The position numbers and the translations under genes are program-made. Of a DNA stretch of 64,000 nucleotides, positions 51,446 to 64,000 are shown one piece after another (the stretch's first letter is position 1; each line of letters begins with the position of its first letter). The notes under the pieces are model-generated. The model saw only the letters and a list, made by a program, of their open reading frames with translations. It was not told the origin of the DNA and searched no databases. This DNA is from the human T2T-CHM13v2.0 reference genome, Homo sapiens, in NCBI RefSeq assembly GCF_009914755.1, contig NC_060933.1. One strand, written 5' to 3'.

Positions 51446-52688
51446 TTACATAAAATTCCGAGATGCAGCTTTCTTATCTAAAAAGGATTTGCGCAAAGCC
51501 TCCTTGCAGTAAGCATATAGGTAACTAAGGTGTCTACCTTACGTATATGCATCACTCATTTATGCCCTAAGTTCTCATTTGTTAAAACAATAGTGCCCTT
51601 ACTCTAAATCACATAATCACAAGAGCCCTAGGGCTGAATTGCTCAGCTTTAAATGTCAGCACTGTCATACTAGCTGTGTGATGTGAGCAAGTTCTAAAAC
51701 TCCCTGTGCTTGTTTCTTATGTATACAATGGAGAGAAGGGGTAGTACTTTGTAGGGTTGTTGTGAAGTTTAAACAAGGTAATAACTGTTAAGTGTTTTTA
51801 AAAGTCCCTTGAATGTAACAATTGCATCAGTGGTAAGGTATGCATTTTTCTCATATGGCCTCTGAAATGAGGATGTGTCTTATAATGAATGTAATTTCTT
51901 AATAAGCATTTTATCATTTAGTGACATCTTTTTTATTAGTAGTACTTAATGTTACACTTTGGGTGACATTTTATATTTCAATAACTAATAGTAAGAGGTC
52001 TATTAACATTAGCTGCCATCAACATTACCATCAATATTATCATCAATATTATCATCAGCATTATCTTGTTTCTAACTGAGATAGTGGCATTTGATAGTTT
52101 AGCAGTGCTAGAGTATATATCAAATCTCAATTTTATCTAACTACTTGTTTGCATTGGTGTATTTTTATCAAAGTTCTAGTGTGCTGTTTTTCATATTTGT
52201 ATCATTTTAGCTAATGTAAAGTATTTATGGGGTCAGCTCATGCAATGTTTCCGTCATTCATTGTACCTTACTTGGCGATCTACTAAAACATGCATCAGCA
52301 TCCTTCAGTCTCCCGAAATAAATAGACACAAAGACAAATTCTTTATTTTCTCTGTTGATGTATTTTCCTAAATCCTTTCGCAGGAGTGGTTTCTTTCTTA
52401 GCTAGGAGAACTAAGCCACCATTGTACCACTTAAGATTTACTGGTTTGCACTGTCCTCTGAGGGAGAAAAGAAGCAATTTATTGATCTGTAACACAGGAA
52501 TGGACTGTGGCCAAACCTTTTCTGGTTTATACAATGCACCGACATAAGAATCTGCATAGCATTAAGAAGAATGAGCACTCACAATTTGAGGCCGCCTGTC
52601 AGCATGAATAATAACTGAGAAAAATCAATACACAATATACAACTGTTCTCTTTGCACAGACACTGCCAGGATTCACACCCAGTGACAG

Positions 52689-53117
<429 letters not shown>

Positions 53118-54199
53118 TGAGAAAAAGATCTTCTGCCAGATGAAAGAGTTTCAATAACAGGAGAGGACCTTGGGCCAAAGTTTATTAAGCTTGACTAGGA
53201 AGATTCTGGGCACATCTCCATCCAAATACCTTGACACATACTTCATTCACCCCTAGCACAGGCAGCTTGTCCCTTCTTGTCTTCTGTTTGCCTTCAAGGT
53301 TTTACATGGTGGTATTTACAAGCCGTTATGGAGCAAGAGTGCAAACACACAAGGCTAGCAAGGGGCCAGTAAACAGGGTTTGGCTTAGGGTTTTGTGGTT
53401 GTTAGCTTTTAAAAGCATACTTAGTTGAATAATTCCAGAAACTGGGCTTCTTTCCTTTGCCCCTTCATTTGCCCCTCCCTCTCTGGTCTTCCCAGTCTCC
53501 ACTTTTTTTGTTGTTTAAATAAAACTGCGTTTGTCAGAAATGTATAGACATTCACTCCTATTCTTAAAAGACAGTGTTTATCCCTAATGCCTGCCTTTTG
53601 ATTCAGCCAGCAATGACTGTGCACACAGAGGTTATTGCTCTCCAAGTTCAATGTTGTGGACCTGAACCAGTGCCTCTGTTTCCAAGAGAAAGTCAGGTGA
53701 TTACCCCTTCATCAGGGAGATTGGAGCCATCCTATCCTTCTGGTGTGTCACCAGCCAGAAACTAAGGATCAGCAGGGAGTGGATGGTTTAGAATCTCCTC
53801 TCTCCAGGTGAACACAATGCTAGTCAGTGTAGCTGGAAAAGCCACGCAGCGGGCAGGCTTGTCAGAAGCAATCTGTTAAAAAAAAAAAAAAAAAGAGAGA
53901 AAAAAGGGTCCTTTTGAGTTTACACTGAGTTGCTTTCACAGTAGTTAGCTTTGAACTGTGGTGCAAACCCATTTAAACAATGAGGGAAATTTCACTAAGT
54001 GGCAAGAAATTCTCACCCTGTGTGATCAAAGCAATCAGCCATTTCCTTTTCTTTCCTTTTTATTTACTTATATTTCTGACCCCTTATAATCTTCATGATT
54101 GTAGCCTGATAGTTTCCTTTTTTGAATAGCATTTAAAAAAATACCTTTTCTTTTCCCTGAGGGTTTTAAAGCAAATAAGACAGAAGGGGTCTAAATTTT

Positions 54200-54494
<295 letters not shown>

Positions 54495-55152
54495 TAAATA
54501 TTTATTTTTAATAATTATTATTACAAAAGTAAGAAAAGAGCTAAAATCCATGATTTCATCACCCAGAGGCAACCACCACAGTGAACATTTTGGTACAATT
54601 ACTTCTCATCGTTTAAATGTGTACATATACACATACATATTTTTAATAAAATTAGGTTTAGGATAGTATACAGTTTTGTTTTTCTTTTAACCAACATACT
54701 TTGAATATTTTGCCTTATTAAAAACTTATATGATTTCAATGGCTGCATTAGAATTAGTGTATACAGATATTATTTTGGCATTCTGTTGTTAAGAGGTCAT
54801 GTGGGTTTCTGAATTGACACTTTAATTCTCAACTTAGAATTTATTTCTCCCAACTTCTTCTGACTTCATGGGTCTAGAGTCAGAGTTTGGGCACAATGGA
54901 AATGGAATTTCTATATATACTGTTGTTTACTGTTTGCTAGTATTTTTCGGAAGGTATTTGCAAAAACCAAAGGGGAAACAGTATACTTTTTTGTATTTTT
55001 TTTTCTTTTTTTGTTTTAAATTTTGTGATTGAAATATAAGTCTTATTATGGTAATCTCAGGTAACTTTTAAATAGAAATATCAATGTAAAATGAATATAT
55101 TGCCCAATGTGGACCCCGGTGTTTCAGAACTATGTGCCATGCTCTATCATTT

Positions 55153-55777
55153 TGTTACTGGAAAGGGGTCTTAATCCAGACCCCAAGATCTTGGATCTCT
55201 CACAAGAAGGAATTAGAGGTGAATCCATAGAGTAAAGTAAAAGCAAGTTTATTAAGAAAATAAAGGAATAAAGAATGGCTACTCCATAGGCAGAGCAGGA
55301 GCGTAGGCTGCTCAACTGATTATACACACAGTTACTTCTTGATGCTAAACAAGAGGTGGATTATTCTTGTGTTTTGCAGGAAAGGGGTGGGTAGTTCCTG
55401 GAAGTGAGGGGTCCTCCCCTTTTTAGACCATATAGGATAACTTCCTGACATTGCCATGGCATTTGTAAACTGTCCTGCTGCTGGTGGGAATGTTTTTTAG
55501 CATGCTAATGCATTATAATTAGCATATAATGAGCAGTGAGAATGACCAGAGATCACTTTCATCTCCATCTTGGTTTTGGTGGGTTTTGGACGGCTTCTTT
55601 ACCACAACCTGTTTTATCAGCAAGGTCTTTGTGACCTGTATCTTGTGCTGACCTGTCTCATCCTGTGACTAAGAATGCCTAACCTCCTGGGAATTTAGAC
55701 TTAAAATAAAGGTCTCAGCCTTATTTTATCTAGCCCCTACTCAAGATGGAGTTGCTCTGGTCCGAATGCCTCTAATA
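55153..55777 (-). mobile_element. MER41(B)-like ERV1 solo LTR
   Basis: TGTTACTGGAAAGGGGTCTTAATCCAGACCCCAAGA...TCAAGATGGAGTTGCTCTGG; perfect 4-bp TSD ATTT (55149-55152, 55778-55781). Confidence 0.87.
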
Positions 55778-56376
55778 ATTTGAAGTTTATCCAACGGCAC
55801 AGTGGGAGATAATGAATTTTTGTTTAAGAGGAGGAGGACTGACTGGATCAGATTTGTGCTTTAGAAAGGTGGTTGCATGTAAGAAAGAGGCGTTGGTAGA
55901 AAGACTTCGGATATCTCAAAAGAATTTCCATGAAGTTAATCTTTTTAAAAATGTAAACATTTGGTGCAATAATTGCTTTGAAATTGCAGTTGAATAAATG
56001 AACTTTTTGAACCAGAATTTGGAAAGGAAGATATGCTTAAAAACCAAAAATATTTCGCAGAGTGCTACACATTAGGAAGTCATTTGTATTTGGTGACCAC
56101 TTTCCTAAAATAGTCTCATTTCTAGAGAACCAATTTTGTTTCCCATAGATTATTATGTGTAGAGACCCCCTTTCAGTACGTAGCCACTGGTACATCCGTG
56201 GGTGTTATCTCCATACTGCCAGGTCCAATGCAGTCACCTCCTGGATCTATAGTCTTTCTCCCCCCATTCCGATTTCCTTTCTCTGTTAGCAGTCATCTTT
56301 GTAAACAGAAGTCTAAGATTTAGTTTGTACATTTTTTAAATGATCCATTTTGATGGGGCTCTCTTTATTGTTTCAG

Positions 56377-56496
56377 GTTGAATGCCTTTGAGAACTTGAT
56401 GCATAAAATTTGCATGACTCCTCACTCCTTTCTGGATCTCTCATTGGACTCAAGCCAGCATGGCTCACACCACAAAGGTTAACGGCAGTGCCTCAG
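56377..56496 (+). other. KANK1: KANK1 exon containing 83 nt of 5'UTR plus 37 nt of CDS
   Basis: Acceptor CTCTCTTTATTGTTTCAG ends at 56376; donor CAG|GTAACC at 56497. Confidence 0.88.
56460..56496 (+). CDS. KANK1: First coding segment of KANK1 (KN motif and ankyrin repeat domains 1), long isoform; CDS continues beyond the window
   Basis: ATG GCT CAC ACC ACA AAG GTT AAC GGC AGT GCC TCA G|GTAACC translates to MAHTTKVNGSAS(G), matching the KANK1 N-terminus as I recall it. Good Kozak context (AGCATGG); phase-1 GT donor at 56497. Confidence 0.93.
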
Positions 56497-57304
56497 GTAA
56501 CCCTGTGCTCTGGAGTTTGTGTGTTAAATGTATGTCTTTTCTCAAACTAATTTTTTATTCTCTTTAATAATGAACGGATAATAGCAAGTTGCCTAGATAA
56601 CTAGGATTTCAAAGCAATTTTCTGTCCATTGAAGTTTGGGTTTGTTTTGTTTTACTCTCAGAAAATTTGCTTTTATCTTAGAGTCTTGCACTGAAATCAA
56701 TTGAGTAAATTATTACCTAAGTCAATTCTGTTGAAGTGTTGAAAGACAAATGTAAATACTGAATGCTGATGCAAATGTAATGTATACTCCTCTTGCACTT
56801 CTTTCTGAGGGATTGAATGAGGAGAGAGGAAATTAGTTTGGATGCTTAAAACCAATTCCTAGTAGCCACTCCCAAGCAGCTTTTGTTTGATGTTGCTAAA
56901 CAAAGAGAAAGGAGGGAAGAGAAGTATATATTCTGTAAAATGATTCTCTTAGGAATATGCAACAAGCCATATTATGAATCATAAAGACCTGTATTTGAAT
57001 TCTTATTTTGGTTATATTAGAGACTTACATAGTTTCACTTTCTGTTCCAATATTGCTTCTGTGAGATTCGGGAGAAATCTGTACACGAAATGCAGAGAAG
57101 ATCCTCCTAAGAGACACATCACCATAGGGACAACCTGCCCAAAATGGCGTGCCAAGTGTTCATTTCTTTTTTGAGTTATGTGCCAAATAGCTGAATGAGT
57201 AAGAATAGTAATTGTCTATGCAGAAATTTTTTCTGAGCGTCTGAGTCCAGACTCCTACGTCTGCTGGCTCTGAACACCTTCAAATGACAACATTATATAC
57301 TGGA

Positions 57305-57905
57305 GCAAGTGTAGAATTGGAGCCAGGAAACCTGAATTTGAGTCCTAGTTCCAGCACTAACCGTGAAATATTGGGCAGGGCTATTTCTCCACATGTAAAC
57401 CATCGGTAAGTATATCCACCTGCCGGTTTAGGACCAGTGAGCGCACCAGAAACATACTTAGAGGAGCTATGTAAGCCGTAAAGCACTTTTGAAGACAACA
57501 GCAGGAAGTGACCTCTAAAGTGGGCATTCCCAGCCCATGAATGTGACTTTTTATTCTAGCGGTCTCAGCTGCAATTATCTCCTCTGGGTAGAACACTATA
57601 ACCCAAACCCAGATAAACTCAGTTATTTGTTCTGGGATGACTGATCTTTCCCTGTCCATTCCATTTTTGACCTTTTTTACTGCCCAGCTTCTTGAGACTT
57701 TTATAGATTCTGCTGTGGGACTGCTATCAATAATAAAGACATGAATGATAATATCTAACATTCATTGAACACTTAAATGCACCATGGTGCCTAAAATGCT
57801 TTGCCTGCATTTTCATACTTAATCCTCACAATAATCTAATGAGATTAAGCTATTATTTTACTGTCATCATCATCCCTATGTAATGTCACAGAGAAGTTCA
57901 GGGAC
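57305..57905. mobile_element. Two MIR remnants in opposite orientation (~57305-57495, ~57740-57905)
   Basis: CCTGAATTTGAGTCCTAGTTCCAGCACTAAC and CATACTTAATCCTCACAATAATC core motifs. Confidence 0.65.
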
Positions 57906-57937
57906 TTACTGTAAATGAAGTAAGAAAAATCAGAATT

Positions 57938-58228
57938 ATGGGCAGTGGCTCACACCTGTAATCCCAGCATTTTGGGAGGCCGAGGGGGATGGATCACCCA
58001 AGGTCGGTAGTTCAAGACCAGCCTGGCCAACATGACGAAACCCCATCTCTACAAAAATACAAAAATTAGCCAGGCATGGTGGCGCATGCCTGTAATCCCA
58101 GCTACTTAGGAGGCTAAGACAGGAATGGCTGGAACCTGGGAGGCAGAGGTTGCAGTGGGCCCAGATTGCACTACTGCCCTCCAGCCTGAGTGACAGAGTG
58201 AGACTCCATATCAAAAAATAAAATAAAT
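57938..58228 (+). mobile_element. AluS
   Basis: Alu dimer; AAATCAGAATTATG repeated on both flanks. Confidence 0.9.
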
Positions 58229-58772
58229 CAGAATTATGATGACTTTCTCCAGTAAAATATTTGGTGAGAGAGGAGATTGAAACATTATGAAATTTCAAGT
58301 GTAGTGGGTGGGTTTTAATTCCCTCTGATGATGTGGTTTCCTCCCTTGCCCTCCATTTGCTTCCATTCACATGCTCAGGGGAAGGGGTGTTTAAGATTGT
58401 TGGTGCCTCAAGACCTCAACCTTCTTCTGGTGCCTTGGGCAAAATCCTTTCTTCATGGGTTTAGATACCTACCCCACTAATTCCTTTCCAACTTGGTTTG
58501 TTCTGTACTTACCTTTTTTCTTTGTTCCTGAGATCTAATAAGCAAGCTGTAACTTTTCCTTCCCACCTGGTATCCTGCCTAACAGGTCTGGGCATTGAGG
58601 TTGAAAGCAAAAGAAAGCTCTCCGATTTGTGACTTTCAGGGTGTCAGAGTATGAATTGTTACTGCAGACACTTATCTGGACTGTGCAGGGGAAGATTTTT
58701 TACTTATTCTAGTCACCATGACCCATGTACATCTATAAGCAAATCTAATTAGAGACTCAACCATAAACAGTA

Positions 58773-59208
<436 letters not shown>

Positions 59209-60408
59209 TAGATGCGTGTTGTATTGTCTGAAAACCAAAACAAAAGCAAGAATTACTGGTGATAATACCACCTAGAAATAAATGTCTTCCTATTTTTTAT
59301 ATAGTTGTCAAATGTTATATATTTCACATGGTTGAGAATATGTTAATAAAAATCATTCCTTTACCTTTTCCCACTTTGTATTACAAAAGAAACACCTCTC
59401 CAATGTTTAAAAAAATACTCAATGTAAGAGATGCGGGTTATAAATACACTTCTGTGCATGTAAATAACATTTAGAGAACCTAGATGAAGATGAGATAAAG
59501 AGGGCTTCATGGCAGCTAGTGAGGGCCAATTACTGGTCTCCTATGAGAAAAGGATAAGCTATTTGGGTTTAGTAGGAGTTTCAGATGTAGAGTAAATTAT
59601 ATGTTTCTTCAATTTCCAAAAATTGCTGCTTGGGCTTCATAGAGCATGAGGGGAAATTTCATGTGACGATGGAGTCAGGGCAGTGGCAAAAGAAGCACTT
59701 TCCATAGTGTTAGTAATAAAACAAGCAAAAGAGGAGCCTCTGGGAAAGGGCAAACCATGCCCTTGGCACAAAATACATCCGACGACTGATCATCTCAAGT
59801 TGACATCCCCATGTAACATTTAAATGGGATAAGGGGTGATTCACAACCTTTTATACTCTGACTTCCCCTTGGAGTCCCTCACGGAGGCTGGGTAAAAGAA
59901 ACTGCTTTTAAAACGAGCTATTCATTAATGCTGTAATTTGTAAAATGTATTATGCCACACTTCAGACATACAAAATGTGTGAAAGTTATATAACAAGCAC
60001 CTTTGTACACACTACTTAGCTTAAGACATAAACCTTATTAATATAGGCCAGATATACATGAGCACCTACTACGTGCTGTTTTAGGTACTGGGGATACAGC
60101 AGTGAACCAAAGAGGCAAAAATTTCTGCCCTCAAGGATTGTACATTCTAGGGACAGTTAAAGTCTCCTGTGTACACGGTTGCCAGAAGAAAAAATACTAA
60201 GCACGTGTTCATCGTTTATCTAAAATTCGGTTTAATGGTGCTCCACTTTTGTGCACGGCCCTACCTGTGTACCCCTTGCAGATTGCACCCCTGCCCTTCC
60301 TCACCGCCAGCCCATCAAAATCAATCTTCCCTCGTAGTGTTACCTCTTTTTCACCAGATCCTCCATCCTACTTCTCTTGATTGGTACAGTATTGTTTTCA
60401 TTAATTCA

Positions 60409-60783
<375 letters not shown>

Positions 60784-61480
60784 TCATAAATTGCTCTTGA
60801 CTGTTCTCTCATAGCCAGCTAGGAAGTAAATGGTGATTGTTGGTTAGGAAAATAGCTGTGTTTCTTTGGGGTGTAGGGATGAGGCAGTCTGCTTTTTCCC
60901 CAAGTTTCTGAATCATGTTGTAAACTGAATGCACTGATTGATACCTCTCTAAACACTAATGTTGTGAAACTTTAATTAGAGCTTAGATATGCTTTAGAAG
61001 CCAAATAACAAGTGGCTTATTTGTGAAAGAAAGATAATAATAGCTATCCTACCTTCTTCACAAGGTGGTTGTGCAGGGAAAAAAAGAATAGCTGTAAAAA
61101 CACTTTTTAAAACACAAAGTGCTGGTCATATATCAGGGGATAGCACCATTCCCCTTGTTCTCTTGTCCTTGTCATGAGCCGCTGATCAGGAAACATCCCA
61201 GGTACCCTCATGTCAGGCCCTGCTGGACGCCATGATATTGGGGCCAGAGTTGTATTAACATCCTCATTAAACCCAGTTAAATGACATAAATGGATGAGCA
61301 CTGGGAGGTGACTTTTTATGCCTGCTCTTATCATCTTTATTTTTGCTAATAGTTGCCTTCCCCAATTGATTATAGCTTTTCCCTCATGCTCTTTCTTTTT
61401 TTGCAGCCTGGATATATATTTTTTCAGACAGATACATATTTATTTATTAAAGATGCTTATTGAATTGCATTAAAATGTTA

Positions 61481-61789
<309 letters not shown>

Positions 61790-62830
61790 TTAAATAAATG
61801 ATAACATAAAATTTGATAGGAAACCAGAAGAGAAGAATTACTCAAAATTCCACACTAGGTCTTATTTTTAGTATTTATTTTTCATCCTTTTCAGGCTAAC
61901 AAACTTAAACACAGTTTCAATAAGCTTTTATAATTTGGATATCAGCTCTTGACTTTAACATTCTTTGCATTTTTCCAAGTCTTCATGGAAAATAGTTTTC
62001 AAATTATTATTTTCGATGACTGTATAATATTCCTTATGGTGTTTCTACCAGTTGAAGTATTCTTTTTTTGTTTGGATGTTTGGACTGCTTCCACATTTTC
62101 CCTATGGTAGATGATGTTGCAGAGAACATCTTGCCTGGTCATTTTTCTCCTCCTTTTTTATTATTTCCCAACAATTTCAAAGAAGCAGGATGACTGGGTT
62201 AAAGGGCACAATGTTTTCATGGCTTTAGTAACTGTTGTGGGGCTTGAATCTCGTTATCTTGGTCAGTTATTTGGCTCCAGCTTTTGTCTCTATGCTGATC
62301 TTAAATGAGTACAAAGGCCACTGATAAGACCGGGTCAGCCAGACAGAGCCAGGCTCATGGCAGGGTAGGCAGAATGCTGCAGTGCGGTGCACCCCACTCT
62401 CGCTTGTGTAAATATTTTTCTGGGCAGGAGCGTTTCTCAAACAGAACTCTGAGCCCACTGCGGTGAACCTGATAGCAGGAATTACGTGCTATTTGTCAAG
62501 TATAAGACTAGTTTGCAGTGACTGGTCTGGCTAGAACCCACCTGGTGTTTTCTGAGATCATCTGTAAGGAAACACACAGCACAGCAGAGGCAGTGTGCGC
62601 CCGTGGTGGTGAGTCTTAGACCTGTCATCTGTGTTAGCATTACCCCGAAGGCAGAGAGTTTGCTGATTAGAAACTATGGCTGCTTTAATTCATGGGTACC
62701 CTCCGTGACTTTTCAGGGTCTCCTGGTTGAATGAATTTGCAGAAGGATTAAAATGTGTGTTCTTATTTGTGCTTTGTATTCTCCCATAAGTAGTGTGTTG
62801 GAGGCTATTAGAATAGCTGAGAGGGTAAAA

Positions 62831-62901
62831 CATAAACACATACGTAGGAGCCTGACATAAACACATAGGTAGGAGCCTGCCATAAGCACGTAGGTAAGAA
62901 C
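62831..62901. repeat. 25-bp minisatellite, about 3 copies
   Basis: CATAAACACATACGTAGGAGCCTGA / CATAAACACATAGGTAGGAGCCTGC / CATAAGCACGTAGGTAAGAAC. Confidence 0.9.
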
Positions 62902-64000
62902 TAAAAGGGTGTGTTTCCATTTCAGTTGTCCAGCCTTCCTTCCATACTCTCAGATGACAAAACACAAGTTGCTGAGCTCACACAGCTAATGACTAAGCCA
63001 GAAGTTGGACATGGAGAACATTTTTCCTTTGTTCAAGGTTATTTATTATGTTGACATTTAAAATCAGAAGTGTGATATCTGTGAAGTTCTGATTAAACAG
63101 ATCAAGTGAAAAGGATGTATTTCAGAAAACTGCATAAAACCCTAAAGTACAGTGTTTAAAAATAAAACGTCCTCCCTGATAGGGATTATGTTGGTAAGTT
63201 ACTTTTTTTCTTAGTATGGATTATTTCAAATTAATAAACATATTGTTATTCCTTTATTTATTGCATCATACAGCTTCATCCTAGTATTAGTGTGTTTAAT
63301 AATTGCATTTAATTAGATTATGCATTTCAACTTTCAATGAAACTGTAGCTGTTAGTCTTTTGAAGGCTAATTTCACGCTGAAATTTATAGATGAAATAAT
63401 TTTCTTATAGTGGTGGTGTTTGAGAAGATAATGTAACTACTTCTTAGATTTCAATTTCATAACCCTTAAAATGTTGGGACCACCTACAAATGGGGGACAC
63501 CCTGGGTTTTGAAGTCTTGCCTGTGTGGTTAATCAGAACCTCAGAATTCACCCAGCCCCCGGAGAGGTTTTGAAAAGCCCCTCGCTCATCAGAGCTTGCT
63601 TGTTTCATAAACTCTTAAGGCTTTGTTTTAACCTGTAGCCAGCTTCGCCTTATAAGCTTTCTTGCTCCAAGCCTTGAGCCAGTCATAATGGCTTAAGCAT
63701 CAGATTTCAGACAGGCGATTAGCTCTCCAGCTAAGCCAAGAAAGGATGATTTATCTTCCAGTGAGTACCAGCCTATTTGAGTGTAGGAAGGAGAAAAATC
63801 TGTGCTCCTGCTCCTGGGTACTGGGCAAAGAAACCCTTTGGTTGGGGATTTTTGCCTGGTACCAACTTTATAGGTGCCAACAAGAAAGAAAGAAAAAAAC
63901 ACATACAAAATAAACACCCAACAGGGAGATTCGCTGTGTTAAGAACTCGAGCTGTTGCTATTATTCTAAGAGACTGGGTAGCCAGTCAAAGGGTTAAAAC

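Noticed and set aside
52012-52066. CATCAATATTAT-like short tandem repeat
   Set aside because: Ordinary low-complexity sequence.
62831-62901. Short direct repeats resembling a CRISPR array
   Set aside because: Head-to-tail repeats without unique spacers, in a eukaryotic intron with no cas genes.

Overview
Primate (very likely human) genomic DNA, repeat-rich and almost entirely intronic. The only supportable protein-coding sequence is a 120-nt + strand exon (56377-56496). It holds the start codon and first 37 coding nt (MAHTTKVNGSAS-G), which I recognise as the N-terminus of KANK1 (9p24.3), so the window is KANK1 intron upstream of this exon plus about 7.5 kb downstream. The intron contains an EIF1 processed pseudogene split by an Alu and a 5'-inverted L1PA, a ~7 kb old L1, about 35 Alus, solo LTRs (LTR8-like, MER41-like, MST/MLT) and hAT MITEs. 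The most unusual items are: a ~610-bp-arm inverted duplication of apparently unique sequence (5485-7662) dated by an Alu present in one arm only; a TGATG-coupled pair of uORFs, the second overlapping the KANK1 start codon; the nested EIF1/Alu/L1 structure; and a MER41-like LTR with an intact GAS motif 0.6 kb upstream of the first coding exon. Almost all ORFs in the supplied track are Alu/L1-derived or chance ORFs. I see no convincing evidence of a novel multi-gene system. Repeat subfamily calls are from recollection of consensus sequences, and their boundaries are approximate.
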